This document shows positions 19,455 to 28,039 of a stretch of 64,000 nucleotides of DNA, piece by piece (position 1 is the stretch's first letter; every line of letters starts with the position of its first letter). The notes under the pieces are model-generated. The model was not told where the DNA came from and ran no database searches. It saw nothing but the letters and a program-made list of their open reading frames with translations. The position numbers and the translations under genes were made by a program. This DNA comes from an uncultured Micavibrio sp. (GTDB lineage: Bacteria; Pseudomonadota; Alphaproteobacteria; Micavibrionales; Micavibrionaceae), in the NCBI GenBank assembly GCA_964400125.1, contig CAYNSR010000004.1:99391-163390 (forward strand), in the 5' to 3' direction.

Positions 19455-19571
19455 TTCCTAAAATTATGAAAATAGACAAAACCGATACTCTATAATGCAA
19501 TTGACACGGAAGCGCCGTGGCGTCAACAGTGTATGTCAATATGTAAATGCAAACTGCCGTTTCCGTCCCCT

Positions 19572-20732
19572 TTATGACGCGACAATCCGCATCACCCGGT
19601 TGCCCGGCAGGCGCTGTACCTTTCCGGCCAGCTCCAGCGTCAGCAGGGACCCTGATACCGCCGGGGTGGCACCCCCGAGCGTGCGGATCAGATCGTCGAC
19701 ATGGATCGGTGCTGCGGAAAGCTGGTCGAGGATGGCTGCGCTCAGGTCTTCAACGTCATTGGCGGGAATTTCTGCAGGTGCGGTTTGCAAAAAGGCATCC
19801 GGTTCAACCATGTAGGATGATACGGCAACGTCTTTCATCGCGTTGGTGGCAAAATTGCCGAGATCGTTCAGCACATCATCGGCATTGCGCACCAGAATGG
19901 CCCCATCGCGCAGCAAGGTGTTGGTTCCTTCCGCGCGCGGATCGAGCGGATGGCCGGGCACGGCGAAAACATCGCGCCCCTGTTCCGCCGCCATGCGCGC
20001 GGTAATCAGCGATCCCGACCGCAAGGAGGCCTCGACCACGATCACGCCCTGAGACAGGCCGGAGATGATCCGGTTACGGCGGGGGAAGCTTTGCGCGAAA
20101 GGTTCCTGCCCGAACGGGCTTTCGGCCACGATGCACCCTTGTTCCCGGATTTGTTCGTAGAGTTTCCGGTTTTCCGGCGGGTAGATGACATCGATACCGC
20201 CTGCGACAACGGCAATCGTTCCGGTTGGCAATGATCCTTCATGTGCGGATGTATCGATTCCGCGTGCCAGACCGGAGACAATTGCCTGACCGACACCACC
20301 TAGATCGCGGGCGAGGATTTCTGCAAATTTCCGGCCATTCAGGGACGCATTTCGCGCCCCCACCATGCCGATGCAGGGGCGGTTGAGCAGGCTTGCATCG
20401 CCGAGGATGCTCAGGACCGGCGGTGCATCTTCGATGGCCGCTAAAGAGATGGGATAGGCCGTTTCCCCCGCGCAAAGAATATACGCCCCGAATTTTTCCA
20501 GCGCGGCGATTTCCTTTTCGATCAGGCTGGCAGGTGGGGCCGCGAGAGGTTTTTTTCGCCCTCCCTTTGCGGCCAGATCGGGCAGGGCCTCAATCGCCCT
20601 GCTGGCCGTGCCGTAACGCTGCACAAGGCGGTGAAAGGTGATGGGGCCGATATTTTCCGTGCGCATCAGGCGCAGCCATGCGGTTTTTTCTGCCGCAGAA
20701 AAAGCGGCGGTGTTTTTTTCATGCAGAGTCAT
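19572..20732 (-). CDS. dprA: DNA-processing protein DprA/Smf
   Basis: GLARGIDTSAHEG Rossmann-like DprA motif. Conserved position next to topA and plsY. Confidence 0.85.
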   Translation of the reverse strand: MTLHEKNTAAFSAAEKTAWLRLMRTENIGPITFHRLVQRYGTASRAIEALPDLAAKGGRKKPLAAPPASLIEKEIAALEKFGAYILCAGETAYPISLAAIEDAPPVLSILGDASLLNRPCIGMVGARNASLNGRKFAEILARDLGGVGQAIVSGLARGIDTSAHEGSLPTGTIAVVAGGIDVIYPPENRKLYEQIREQGCIVAESPFGQEPFAQSFPRRNRIISGLSQGVIVVEASLRSGSLITARMAAEQGRDVFAVPGHPLDPRAEGTNTLLRDGAILVRNADDVLNDLGNFATNAMKDVAVSSYMVEPDAFLQTAPAEIPANDVEDLSAAILDQLSAAPIHVDDLIRTLGGATPAVSGSLLTLELAGKVQRLPGNRVMRIVAS

Positions 20733-21326
20733 TTATTTATGGCCCTTTTTTTGGCCGATTTTCGGTTCTTCGCCCTTCAGTAAGCGCCCGATATTGGCCC
20801 GGTGTGTGTAAAACACTAAAGCGGCAATCATGGCGCAGGCACAACTTAAACGCACATCGTCATATATAATATAAGCGGAAAAAGGAGTCGAGAATAAAGC
20901 GACAAGCGCCGCAAGGGAGGAATAACGCAATGAAAAGGCCATGACCAGCCAGACGGCGCAGGCGGCCAGCCCCGTCCATGGGGCCAGCGCCAGCATCATC
21001 CCGAGCGCAGTGGCGACACCCTTGCCGCCCTTGAATTTCAGCCAGACGGGAAAGATATGGCCGATGATGCTGAAGATGCCCGCAAGAATTGCTGCATCAT
21101 CCCCGGCGATGGCGCGGGCGATCAGGACGGCTGCCGCGCCTTTCACGCCATCGAGCGCCAGCGTGGTGGCGGCCAGTTTTTTATTGCCGGTGCGCAGGAC
21201 ATTGGTGGCCCCGATATTGCCAGAACCTATGGCGCGGATATCGCCCAGCCCTGCGGCCCGGGTCAGGAGGAGGCCGAAAGGGATGGATCCGAGGATGTAA
21301 CCGAAAAGGATGGAAATGAGGTTCAT
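20733..21326 (-). CDS. plsY: Glycerol-3-phosphate acyltransferase PlsY
   Basis: ILGSIPFG and GSGNIGATN motifs in a polytopic membrane protein. Its ATG overlaps the pyrB stop (ATGA). Confidence 0.9.
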   Translation of the reverse strand: MNLISILFGYILGSIPFGLLLTRAAGLGDIRAIGSGNIGATNVLRTGNKKLAATTLALDGVKGAAAVLIARAIAGDDAAILAGIFSIIGHIFPVWLKFKGGKGVATALGMMLALAPWTGLAACAVWLVMAFSLRYSSLAALVALFSTPFSAYIIYDDVRLSCACAMIAALVFYTHRANIGRLLKGEEPKIGQKKGHK

Positions 21327-22249
21327 GCGGCGGACCCTGTGCGGGAATTTATACAATCTTCCAGTACGGCCATCCGTACAGGAATGCCGTTGGCCACCTG
21401 TTTCAGGATCAGGCTGCGTGCCGGATCGTCGGCCACATCATCGGCGATTTCAATGTTGCGGTTGACCGGCCCTGGGTGCATGACCAGGGCCTGCGGTCCG
21501 GCCAAAAGAATCCGTTCTCGGGTCAGGCCGTATTGACGGTGATAGGCCGCGTCATCGGGGATGCGCGATGAATCCATGCGTTCTTTCTGGATGCGCAGCA
21601 TCATGACGATATCGGAGCCGGGCAGGCCGTCTTCCATGCGGGTAAATGTTTCAATTCCTGCAACCGGCCATTTTTCCGGCATCAGGAAATCCGGCGCGAT
21701 CATGCGGAGTTTTGCCCCGAGTTTTGAAAGCAGCAATATGTTGGAGGCTGCCACGCGGCTATGCGCGATATCGCCGCAGATCGTCACGGTCAATCCGTCG
21801 ATTTTTCCTTTTGCCTGCCGCATCGTCATGGCGTCGAGCAGGGCCTGGGTCGGGTGTTCGCGCCAGCTATCCCCGGCATTGATGACCGGACAGCGCATGT
21901 GCTTTGCCATGAACACCGGCGCTTCGTATTCGCTGTGGCGTACGATCACCGCGTCCGGATGCATGGCGTCAACCGTCAGGATCGTATCAAGGAAAGTTTC
22001 ATTTTTTTTCAGTGAACTGGTTTCCATGTCCCAGTGAATAACCGATGCCCCCAGTTTGTGCGCTGCCATTTCGAAGGACAGCCGCGTGCGGGTGGAGTTT
22101 TCAAAAAACATGCTAATGACAGTTTTGCGCTTGAGCGTCCGTTCTATTTTTGCGCCGGAGGATAACGCATCGGAGAAGCTTTGCGCCCTGTCGAGGAGGG
22201 TCAGAATATCCTCTTTTGAAAGCGCGTGAATGCCCGTGAGGTGTTTCAT
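21323..22249 (-). CDS. pyrB: Aspartate carbamoyltransferase catalytic subunit
   Basis: STRTR and HPTQ motifs. 308 aa. Confidence 0.95.
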   Translation of the reverse strand: MKHLTGIHALSKEDILTLLDRAQSFSDALSSGAKIERTLKRKTVISMFFENSTRTRLSFEMAAHKLGASVIHWDMETSSLKKNETFLDTILTVDAMHPDAVIVRHSEYEAPVFMAKHMRCPVINAGDSWREHPTQALLDAMTMRQAKGKIDGLTVTICGDIAHSRVAASNILLLSKLGAKLRMIAPDFLMPEKWPVAGIETFTRMEDGLPGSDIVMMLRIQKERMDSSRIPDDAAYHRQYGLTRERILLAGPQALVMHPGPVNRNIEIADDVADDPARSLILKQVANGIPVRMAVLEDCINSRTGSAA

Positions 22250-23463
22250 TTTACGGTGCCTGCCTTTTGCAGCTCTTCGATTTCAGGCCGGGACAGGCCG
22301 AGCAGGTCTTGGAGAATCTCGGCGGTATGTTGCCCTTCCATTGGTGGGGGCAGGCGATATTCAACGCTTGTGCCGGATAGTTTCAACGGGCTTCCGACCA
22401 GATCGATCGGGGTCGGGCTTTGCGGGTGAGGCATGCGGATTTGCATTTGTCTCGCATGAATCTGGTCGAGCGCGAAAACCTGATCCATGCGGTTGACTGG
22501 CCCGCAGGGTACGTCGATATCGCGCATCAGATCGACCAGTGGCACAATTTTGTGCTGCATCATGATTTCGGCAATCATCGGAACAATGATATCGCGGTTA
22601 TGCACCCGTGCGGTGTTGGTCGCAAAGCGGGGGTCGTTTGCCCATTCTTCATGGCCGAGAGATTTGACGAATCTCCGGAATTGTACGTCGTTGCCGATGG
22701 CGATCACGACCCAGCCATCGGCGACTTCGAACGCCTGATAGGGCACGATGGTTGAATGGGCGTTGCCGTAGCGCGGTGCGGGTTTCCCCGCAGTCAGGAA
22801 AAACTGCGCCAGATTGGTCAGGCTGGCCAGCGTACAATCCAGCAGCGCCACATCGACATGCTGTCCTTGGCCGGAGTTTTTGCGGGCGTGCAATGCCGCA
22901 AGGATGCCGATGGCGGCGTAAAGCCCGGTCATGACGTCGCTCAACGCTACACCGACCTTCATCGGCGCGCCGTCGGGTTCGCCGGTTACGGCCATCAAGC
23001 CCCCCATGGCCTGTACCAGCAGGTCATACCCGGGTTCGGTGGACAGGGGGCCGTTCTGGCCGAATCCCGTGATGGAGGCATAGATGATATGCGGATGTCT
23101 GGCATGGATGCTGTCGTAATCCAGCCCGTATTTCTTTAACCCCCCGGTTTTGAAATTTTCAATCAGGATATCCGATTTTTCCAGCAGCCGATGGACAAGG
23201 TCCTGCCCTTCCGGTGTAGTGATGTCGATGGCAATCGAGCGTTTGTTGCGGTTGCAGGACAGGTAATAGGCGCTTTCGCCTGTATCGTTGCCGTCAGCAT
23301 CTTTCAGAAAAGGGGGGCCCCATTTGCGCGTGTCGTCTCCGGCACCGGGGCGTTCGACCTTGATGATGTCGGCCCCCATGTCGCCAAGAATCTGGGTGCA
23401 GGCCGGACCGGCCAGAACCCGCGACAAATCCAGTACCCGTAATCCGCTTAATGCGCCGCTCAT
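22246..23463 (-). CDS. CoA-transferase family III protein (CaiB/BaiF-like)
   Basis: N-terminal LSGLRVLDLSRVLAGPACTQILGDMGADIIKVE signature. Confidence 0.85.
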   Translation of the reverse strand: MSGALSGLRVLDLSRVLAGPACTQILGDMGADIIKVERPGAGDDTRKWGPPFLKDADGNDTGESAYYLSCNRNKRSIAIDITTPEGQDLVHRLLEKSDILIENFKTGGLKKYGLDYDSIHARHPHIIYASITGFGQNGPLSTEPGYDLLVQAMGGLMAVTGEPDGAPMKVGVALSDVMTGLYAAIGILAALHARKNSGQGQHVDVALLDCTLASLTNLAQFFLTAGKPAPRYGNAHSTIVPYQAFEVADGWVVIAIGNDVQFRRFVKSLGHEEWANDPRFATNTARVHNRDIIVPMIAEIMMQHKIVPLVDLMRDIDVPCGPVNRMDQVFALDQIHARQMQIRMPHPQSPTPIDLVGSPLKLSGTSVEYRLPPPMEGQHTAEILQDLLGLSRPEIEELQKAGTVK

Positions 23464-23972
23464 CCGATCACCGTTGCAATGCTGGAAAACTTATAGAGTG
23501 CGACCAGAGCAATTCCAACCGCGAAACCGGGTCCGGCGGGAACTTCCAGCCGGGACAGGCTGAACGGCGCTTTTCTGGTAAATGTCTGTATCAGGGCGGT
23601 TCCGATCCCGTGGACCAGTCCGCCTGCAGCGCCAAGCGTCAGCGCCATCAGCACTCCTTCCGGCCCCAGCCACAGCCCCGCCGTCAGCATCAGCTTGACA
23701 TCTCCCAGCCCGAGCGTGTCTTGCTGGTAGATGTGGTTGGCGATAAAACGAATTCCATAAAGAATCCCTCCCCCGAGCATTGCCCCGAGTGCGATGTCGG
23801 GCAGACCCACAAAATGGAAGGTTGTTATGCTATGAAAAACAAGGGCGAGCAGGCCGAAGGGCAGGACCAGCCGATCCGGCAAAAGCCGCACACGCAGATC
23901 GATTATCGCCAATGCGATCAGAATTCCGGTGGCCGCGACGAGGCAGAGCAATGCAGGAATGAAGATGGTCAT
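23460..23972 (-). CDS. Short A24-family prepilin peptidase (CpaA/TadV-like, no methyltransferase domain)
   Basis: 170 aa polytopic protein with two Asp motifs, IIDLRVRLLPD and GLGDVKLM. Its stop overlaps the downstream CoA-transferase ATG (ATGA). Confidence 0.75.
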   Translation of the reverse strand: MTIFIPALLCLVAATGILIALAIIDLRVRLLPDRLVLPFGLLALVFHSITTFHFVGLPDIALGAMLGGGILYGIRFIANHIYQQDTLGLGDVKLMLTAGLWLGPEGVLMALTLGAAGGLVHGIGTALIQTFTRKAPFSLSRLEVPAGPGFAVGIALVALYKFSSIATVIG

Positions 23973-23994
23973 GCCCCAGTTGTGCCCCTTTTTG

Positions 23995-24008
23995 ATTGTA
24001 TATTCAAT
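23995..24008. promoter_or_regulatory. Imperfect 14-bp palindrome ATTGtATATtCAAT in the divergent peptidase/operon promoter region
   Basis: Read directly from the sequence. It lies in the 204-nt intergenic region between the divergent genes. Confidence 0.3.
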
Positions 24009-24176
24009 TGGGGTGTGGTGTTTTATACCAGCGGGATGTGTGGATAAAAGGCGTTTTTTGCCCCGAACGCCTTGTTCTGCCTTGCAAAGTGGTTTCAACT
24101 TTGAGGTCTGAGGCCTCCGCGCCTGCCTGTTCTGCAACCCAGTCCTTCTCGTGTGACCAGCCATTTCGAAAAATCA

Positions 24177-24551
24177 ATGACCGACGCCCCGAAAATCATG
24201 ATCGTTGAAGATAACGATTTCGTACGCATGCAGGTGGTCCGTTATCTGAAGGAGGCCGGATTTGAAACATGCGAGGCCAGAGACGGCAACGAGGCGTTGG
24301 AAGCTCTAGGTGTCGATGTGCGGGCGGCGATTGTGGATGTGCGCATGGAGCCGATGGGCGGGCTGGAATTTGTGCGCACCTTGCGGGGCAGGGAAATTGA
24401 TGTGCCGGTTGTTCTGATGACCGGAGACCAGAATACGGATCTGCTTGAGCAGGCCGCGAAGTGGGATGTAAGCGCTGTTTTGATAAAGCCGGTCATGAAG
24501 GATCGGCTGGTTCAGGCGGCGCAACGGGCGATTGCTCAGAGGCACCTGTAA
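24177..24551 (+). CDS. Single-domain response regulator (receiver only), first gene of the filament operon
   Basis: IVEDND, AIVDVRMEP (phospho-Asp) and LIKP. No output domain. Confidence 0.85.
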   Translation: MTDAPKIMIVEDNDFVRMQVVRYLKEAGFETCEARDGNEALEALGVDVRAAIVDVRMEPMGGLEFVRTLRGREIDVPVVLMTGDQNTDLLEQAAKWDVSAVLIKPVMKDRLVQAAQRAIAQRHL

Positions 24552-24590
24552 CAGGTTTGAAATGGGTTTGATGTGATGGGTTTGACGGGC

Positions 24591-26342
24591 ATGATCGATT
24601 CTGTAGAGCAAGGCGGTTTTCGCCGTCGCGCCATGCATGCCTTGCTGGCGGGCGTGATTTTACTGGCCGGTTGCGCTTCGGCGGATGTCCCGGATTCCAG
24701 AACGGTCAACGTTCCCGCGCCGACTCTGGCGGAAAAGCGGCGCGATGCCGTGAACGAGCGTCCTGACAGTGTGATGTATCTGCCGCTTGGCCGCGATGTT
24801 CTGTTGCCTGAAATCGCTACGGATGACGATTTGCCCACCGAGGAAGTCGGGCCGTTCGAACTGCGCGGCGAAACGCTGGCCGGGGCGTTGCAGTTGATCC
24901 TTGCCGATTACGATGTTCCGCTTTCTTTCGAAACGGACAAGGGACTGACCCGTCCCATTACCGTGGCCAATTTGCGCGGACCTTTGAACAAGGTCGTGCG
25001 GCACCTTTGCGGGCTGGCGGAGCTTTATTGCGCCTTTGAAGATGGAATTATGATTGTCAAGGATACGCAAACCTTCACCGTCAAGATCCCGCCGATCAGT
25101 CAGGATACGGGTTTTATGCAGAGCGTGGCGACGGGTTTGCAGGCGATCGTCGGGACGTCTCCCATCCTTGACACTTCGACGCGCACCATCATTTATGAAG
25201 CCTCGCAGCGAAACGCCGATATGGCGCTGCGTTATTTCCAGCGCATGCGCAGCAGTACGGCCCTGATCGTCTTTGAAACCTATATCTGGGAAGTTGCGCT
25301 GGACGGTGGAAATTCGACAGGCATCAACTGGCAGCTTCTTCAGTCGATCGGCAAGTTCAATACCGGAATTGAACTGACCGGATCAATCGGGGTCGGCGCG
25401 ACAGGCTCCTTCGCCAGCCCGGTCAGTATCGGTTTGCCTGTCACCGGAAGCATCAAAAATGCGGACGGCAGTTTCGGTGCGACGGAAGTATTTGATTTCC
25501 TGTCGCGCTTTGGTGCCGTGAAAACCATTTCCCAGCCGCAAATCACCGTTCTTTCGGGTTCGGAAGCGACGTTGCGCGCTGCGGATCGCACCAATTTTGT
25601 GTCCAATATATCGGAAACGCTGGATAACGGGCAGTCGAGTACCTCGGTCAGTACGGACTCTGTCGAAACCGGCTTTACCCTGACAATCGCCAGCGCTTGG
25701 GACAATGCAACCGTTTATGCCGATATCAGCATTTCTCTGACCGATGTGATTCAGATTGATGATTTTACCTTCTCCACAACCGGCGGGGGGTCTACGCAAA
25801 TCCAGTTGCCGCGTACGACCGAGCGCGAAGTCACGACGCAGGTTCGTATCCGTCCGGGCGATTCCCTGTTGCTGGCGGGGCTGGTGCGCGAGGACGACAA
25901 TTACCAGTCGACCGGACCGGGGCTTGACTCGCCCATCCTGCCGACCAGCCGCACGGCGGAAACATCGAATGTCGAGGTCGTTTTCCTGATGCGTCCGCGG
26001 GTTGTGGTCTACACGAATGCCGATGAGCAGACTCATCATCAGGGGGCGCGCACGCTGCCCGCAAAAACGCCTGCACACGCTCCGGCGGTGTTGCCGGATT
26101 CTGTTTCGCCCGTGCCGGAACCGGTTGAAGATATTCCGCCACAGGCAAGTCTGCCGCCAGTGCCCGTGACCCGCCCCGATGCAGCCGCGCCTGTATATTC
26201 CCAGCCATTGGCGGAGCCCGATTCCTCGGTGGAAATTGCGCCGCTGAATGAAAGCGTTCCGATGAATCTTGTGCCCGCAGAAATGCGTGCCGGAGATCAT
26301 GCCAGTACCCCATATGTCGCCAGACCAGTCCAGTTTCGCTAG
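24591..26342 (+). CDS. Outer-membrane secretin lipoprotein (T4b PilN/BfpB/TcpC-like) with Pro-rich C-terminal tail
   Basis: Lipobox LLAGC after an RRR n-region. Secretin C-domain AVKTISQPQITVLSGSEA...LPRTTEREVTTQVRIRPGDSLLLAGLV...EVVFLMRPRVV. Alternative starts at 24573, 24576 and 24633. Confidence 0.8.
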   Translation: MIDSVEQGGFRRRAMHALLAGVILLAGCASADVPDSRTVNVPAPTLAEKRRDAVNERPDSVMYLPLGRDVLLPEIATDDDLPTEEVGPFELRGETLAGALQLILADYDVPLSFETDKGLTRPITVANLRGPLNKVVRHLCGLAELYCAFEDGIMIVKDTQTFTVKIPPISQDTGFMQSVATGLQAIVGTSPILDTSTRTIIYEASQRNADMALRYFQRMRSSTALIVFETYIWEVALDGGNSTGINWQLLQSIGKFNTGIELTGSIGVGATGSFASPVSIGLPVTGSIKNADGSFGATEVFDFLSRFGAVKTISQPQITVLSGSEATLRAADRTNFVSNISETLDNGQSSTSVSTDSVETGFTLTIASAWDNATVYADISISLTDVIQIDDFTFSTTGGGSTQIQLPRTTEREVTTQVRIRPGDSLLLAGLVREDDNYQSTGPGLDSPILPTSRTAETSNVEVVFLMRPRVVVYTNADEQTHHQGARTLPAKTPAHAPAVLPDSVSPVPEPVEDIPPQASLPPVPVTRPDAAAPVYSQPLAEPDSSVEIAPLNESVPMNLVPAEMRAGDHASTPYVARPVQFR

Positions 26343-26354
26343 AGGTTTTGAATT

Positions 26355-27995
26355 TTGACGCGTTCGTTTGAAAACATGAGGTTCGCAGGGGCGCCGGAAA
26401 CTGGCGGCGGTTTGTTTCACGCCGCGCGGCGGCATGTTTTTGCGGCGTTTCTCGGGGTGGTTATCAGTCTGGTGTCGCCGTCGGACTCTTTCGCACAATC
26501 TGCTTTTGACGATCCCGGCGCGCGTGCGGGTGGAAAGGCCGGGTCCGTTGGCGATCTGGTCCCGACGCAGCCGTCCATCGATGCCGGGAATATCAGTGTC
26601 GGTGCGACCGCGCAGGTTGTCGTTCTGTTCCGCAATGACAGCGGACGGGCCCTGACGACCGGGGCGATCAATCTTTATCCGTCATCAACGGTTTCGGCGG
26701 CGGTCGCGCTCAACGAATGTCAGGATCTGGACCCTCTTCCGCCCGGTGCGGTGTGTGCCGTTGGCCTGTCGATCAAGGGGCTGCAATCGGGGCGCTGGCG
26801 GGTGGAAATGTTGATGCGGCATACCGGGACCACACGTCTGGTTACGGCCACGTTGCAGGGCAATATCGAAGATACCGATGCCGGCACGGGCAATACCTTC
26901 AAGAGCGATATCGAGGCGATTCCTTCGACCATGGATTTCGAAAAGCTGACCACCAGCCAGCCTGCTGTTCAGCCGGTCGTGTTGCGGAATATCACATCGA
27001 CGCCGATCGATATCGCCGCGATTTACGTTGAATCGGCGGAACAGGCCGGGTTCAGCTTCCGTACTGATTGTGAAAAACTCACCCCCGGTCAGGCCTGTAT
27101 CGTGACCATGATTTGGTCGCCGATCCTCAAGGGGCAGGCCACTGGCGTTTTGGTGGTCGAACACAACGGTCCGACCAGTGTGGCCAGTATCCCGTTATCC
27201 GGCGAATTCACGCCGACCGGGGTCAGTGTCGCGCAGACTTTCCCCGAGGCGGTTCCGGGCAAGGGGCTTTTGGTGTCTTCGCAGGACCGGATCGATTTCG
27301 GCTCCAGCATCGAGACGGCTTCGGCCATTACGGTTTCACTGGTCAATGTCGGCGATGCCGCCCTGACGATCGAGGATGTCAGTCTGGCCGGGTCCGACAG
27401 CGGGATTACGCTCAGCAAGTCCGGTTGCGTTCCGGGCATGGTTCTGGACCCGATTCAGGCCTGTCCCCTGACCCTGACATGGTCGCCTGTGCGGCAGGGT
27501 GCCATTCTGGATGATGTCCAGATCGTCCATAGCGGCGCACGGGGTATTCTGGTTATGCCCGTACGCGGTACGGCCAATGCAGTAGTGAACAAGGACAACA
27601 AGGCCATCCGTCTGGCGGATTCCGGTGCGACGGTTTCTCTGGAACCTGGCACGACCGCCACCGATTCCATCGCCAGAGAAATGATTGTCCGGGACAAGGA
27701 TGTAGACCCGACCGGGGTTCTTGACGGTTTTGCCGTAACATCACATTCCAGCAAACGGGCCATTATCACCGGTCCCGGCGGCAGCAGGATTGTTTTTGAC
27801 GGGGAAGAGGCGGTCATTGGCGGGTTCTTATGGAATGTAAAAATCCGCTCCAGCGGAGTCGAGTTCCAGACCGGCGACCGGAAGGTTCTCTTGCTGTTTG
27901 ACCGTTCGTTGAATACGCCATCTTCATCTTCTGTTAACCGAACTTCATCACAATCAACTGGTACTGCTGGTGCTGCCGCATCGGCTGGCCAGTAG
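26355..27995 (+). CDS. Periplasmic protein with 3 tandem Ig-like (ASH/choice-of-anchor-D-like) repeats, a PilP/GspC-HR-like C-terminal domain and a Ser/Thr/Ala tail
   Basis: Signal peptide ...VFAAFLGVVISLVSPSDSFA/QS. Three repeats of about 95 aa share DFG..V.L.N.G...L.I....C..L.PG..C.V...WSP...G....L.V.H.G. The C-terminus reads LDGFAVTSHSSKRAIITGPGGSRIVFDGEEAVIGGFLWNVKI. TTG start (alternative ATG at 26376). Confidence 0.6.
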   Translation: MTRSFENMRFAGAPETGGGLFHAARRHVFAAFLGVVISLVSPSDSFAQSAFDDPGARAGGKAGSVGDLVPTQPSIDAGNISVGATAQVVVLFRNDSGRALTTGAINLYPSSTVSAAVALNECQDLDPLPPGAVCAVGLSIKGLQSGRWRVEMLMRHTGTTRLVTATLQGNIEDTDAGTGNTFKSDIEAIPSTMDFEKLTTSQPAVQPVVLRNITSTPIDIAAIYVESAEQAGFSFRTDCEKLTPGQACIVTMIWSPILKGQATGVLVVEHNGPTSVASIPLSGEFTPTGVSVAQTFPEAVPGKGLLVSSQDRIDFGSSIETASAITVSLVNVGDAALTIEDVSLAGSDSGITLSKSGCVPGMVLDPIQACPLTLTWSPVRQGAILDDVQIVHSGARGILVMPVRGTANAVVNKDNKAIRLADSGATVSLEPGTTATDSIAREMIVRDKDVDPTGVLDGFAVTSHSSKRAIITGPGGSRIVFDGEEAVIGGFLWNVKIRSSGVEFQTGDRKVLLLFDRSLNTPSSSSVNRTSSQSTGTAGAAASAGQ

Positions 27996-28039
27996 GTCGT
28001 TCAATCAATTTCTGACGCAGTTTCACGGGGGCTCACTTC

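Noticed and set aside
25383-26498. 371-aa minus-strand ORF antisense to the secretin gene. Similar long antisense ORFs occur at 28409-29395, 29459-30361, 32856-33758, 36650-37624, 41031-41930, 52012-52980, 53744-54919 and 63116-63838.
   Set aside because: These are Arg/Pro/Gly-rich, low-complexity translations typical of shadow ORFs opposite real genes in GC-rich DNA. Each lies opposite a gene with clear catalytic motifs.
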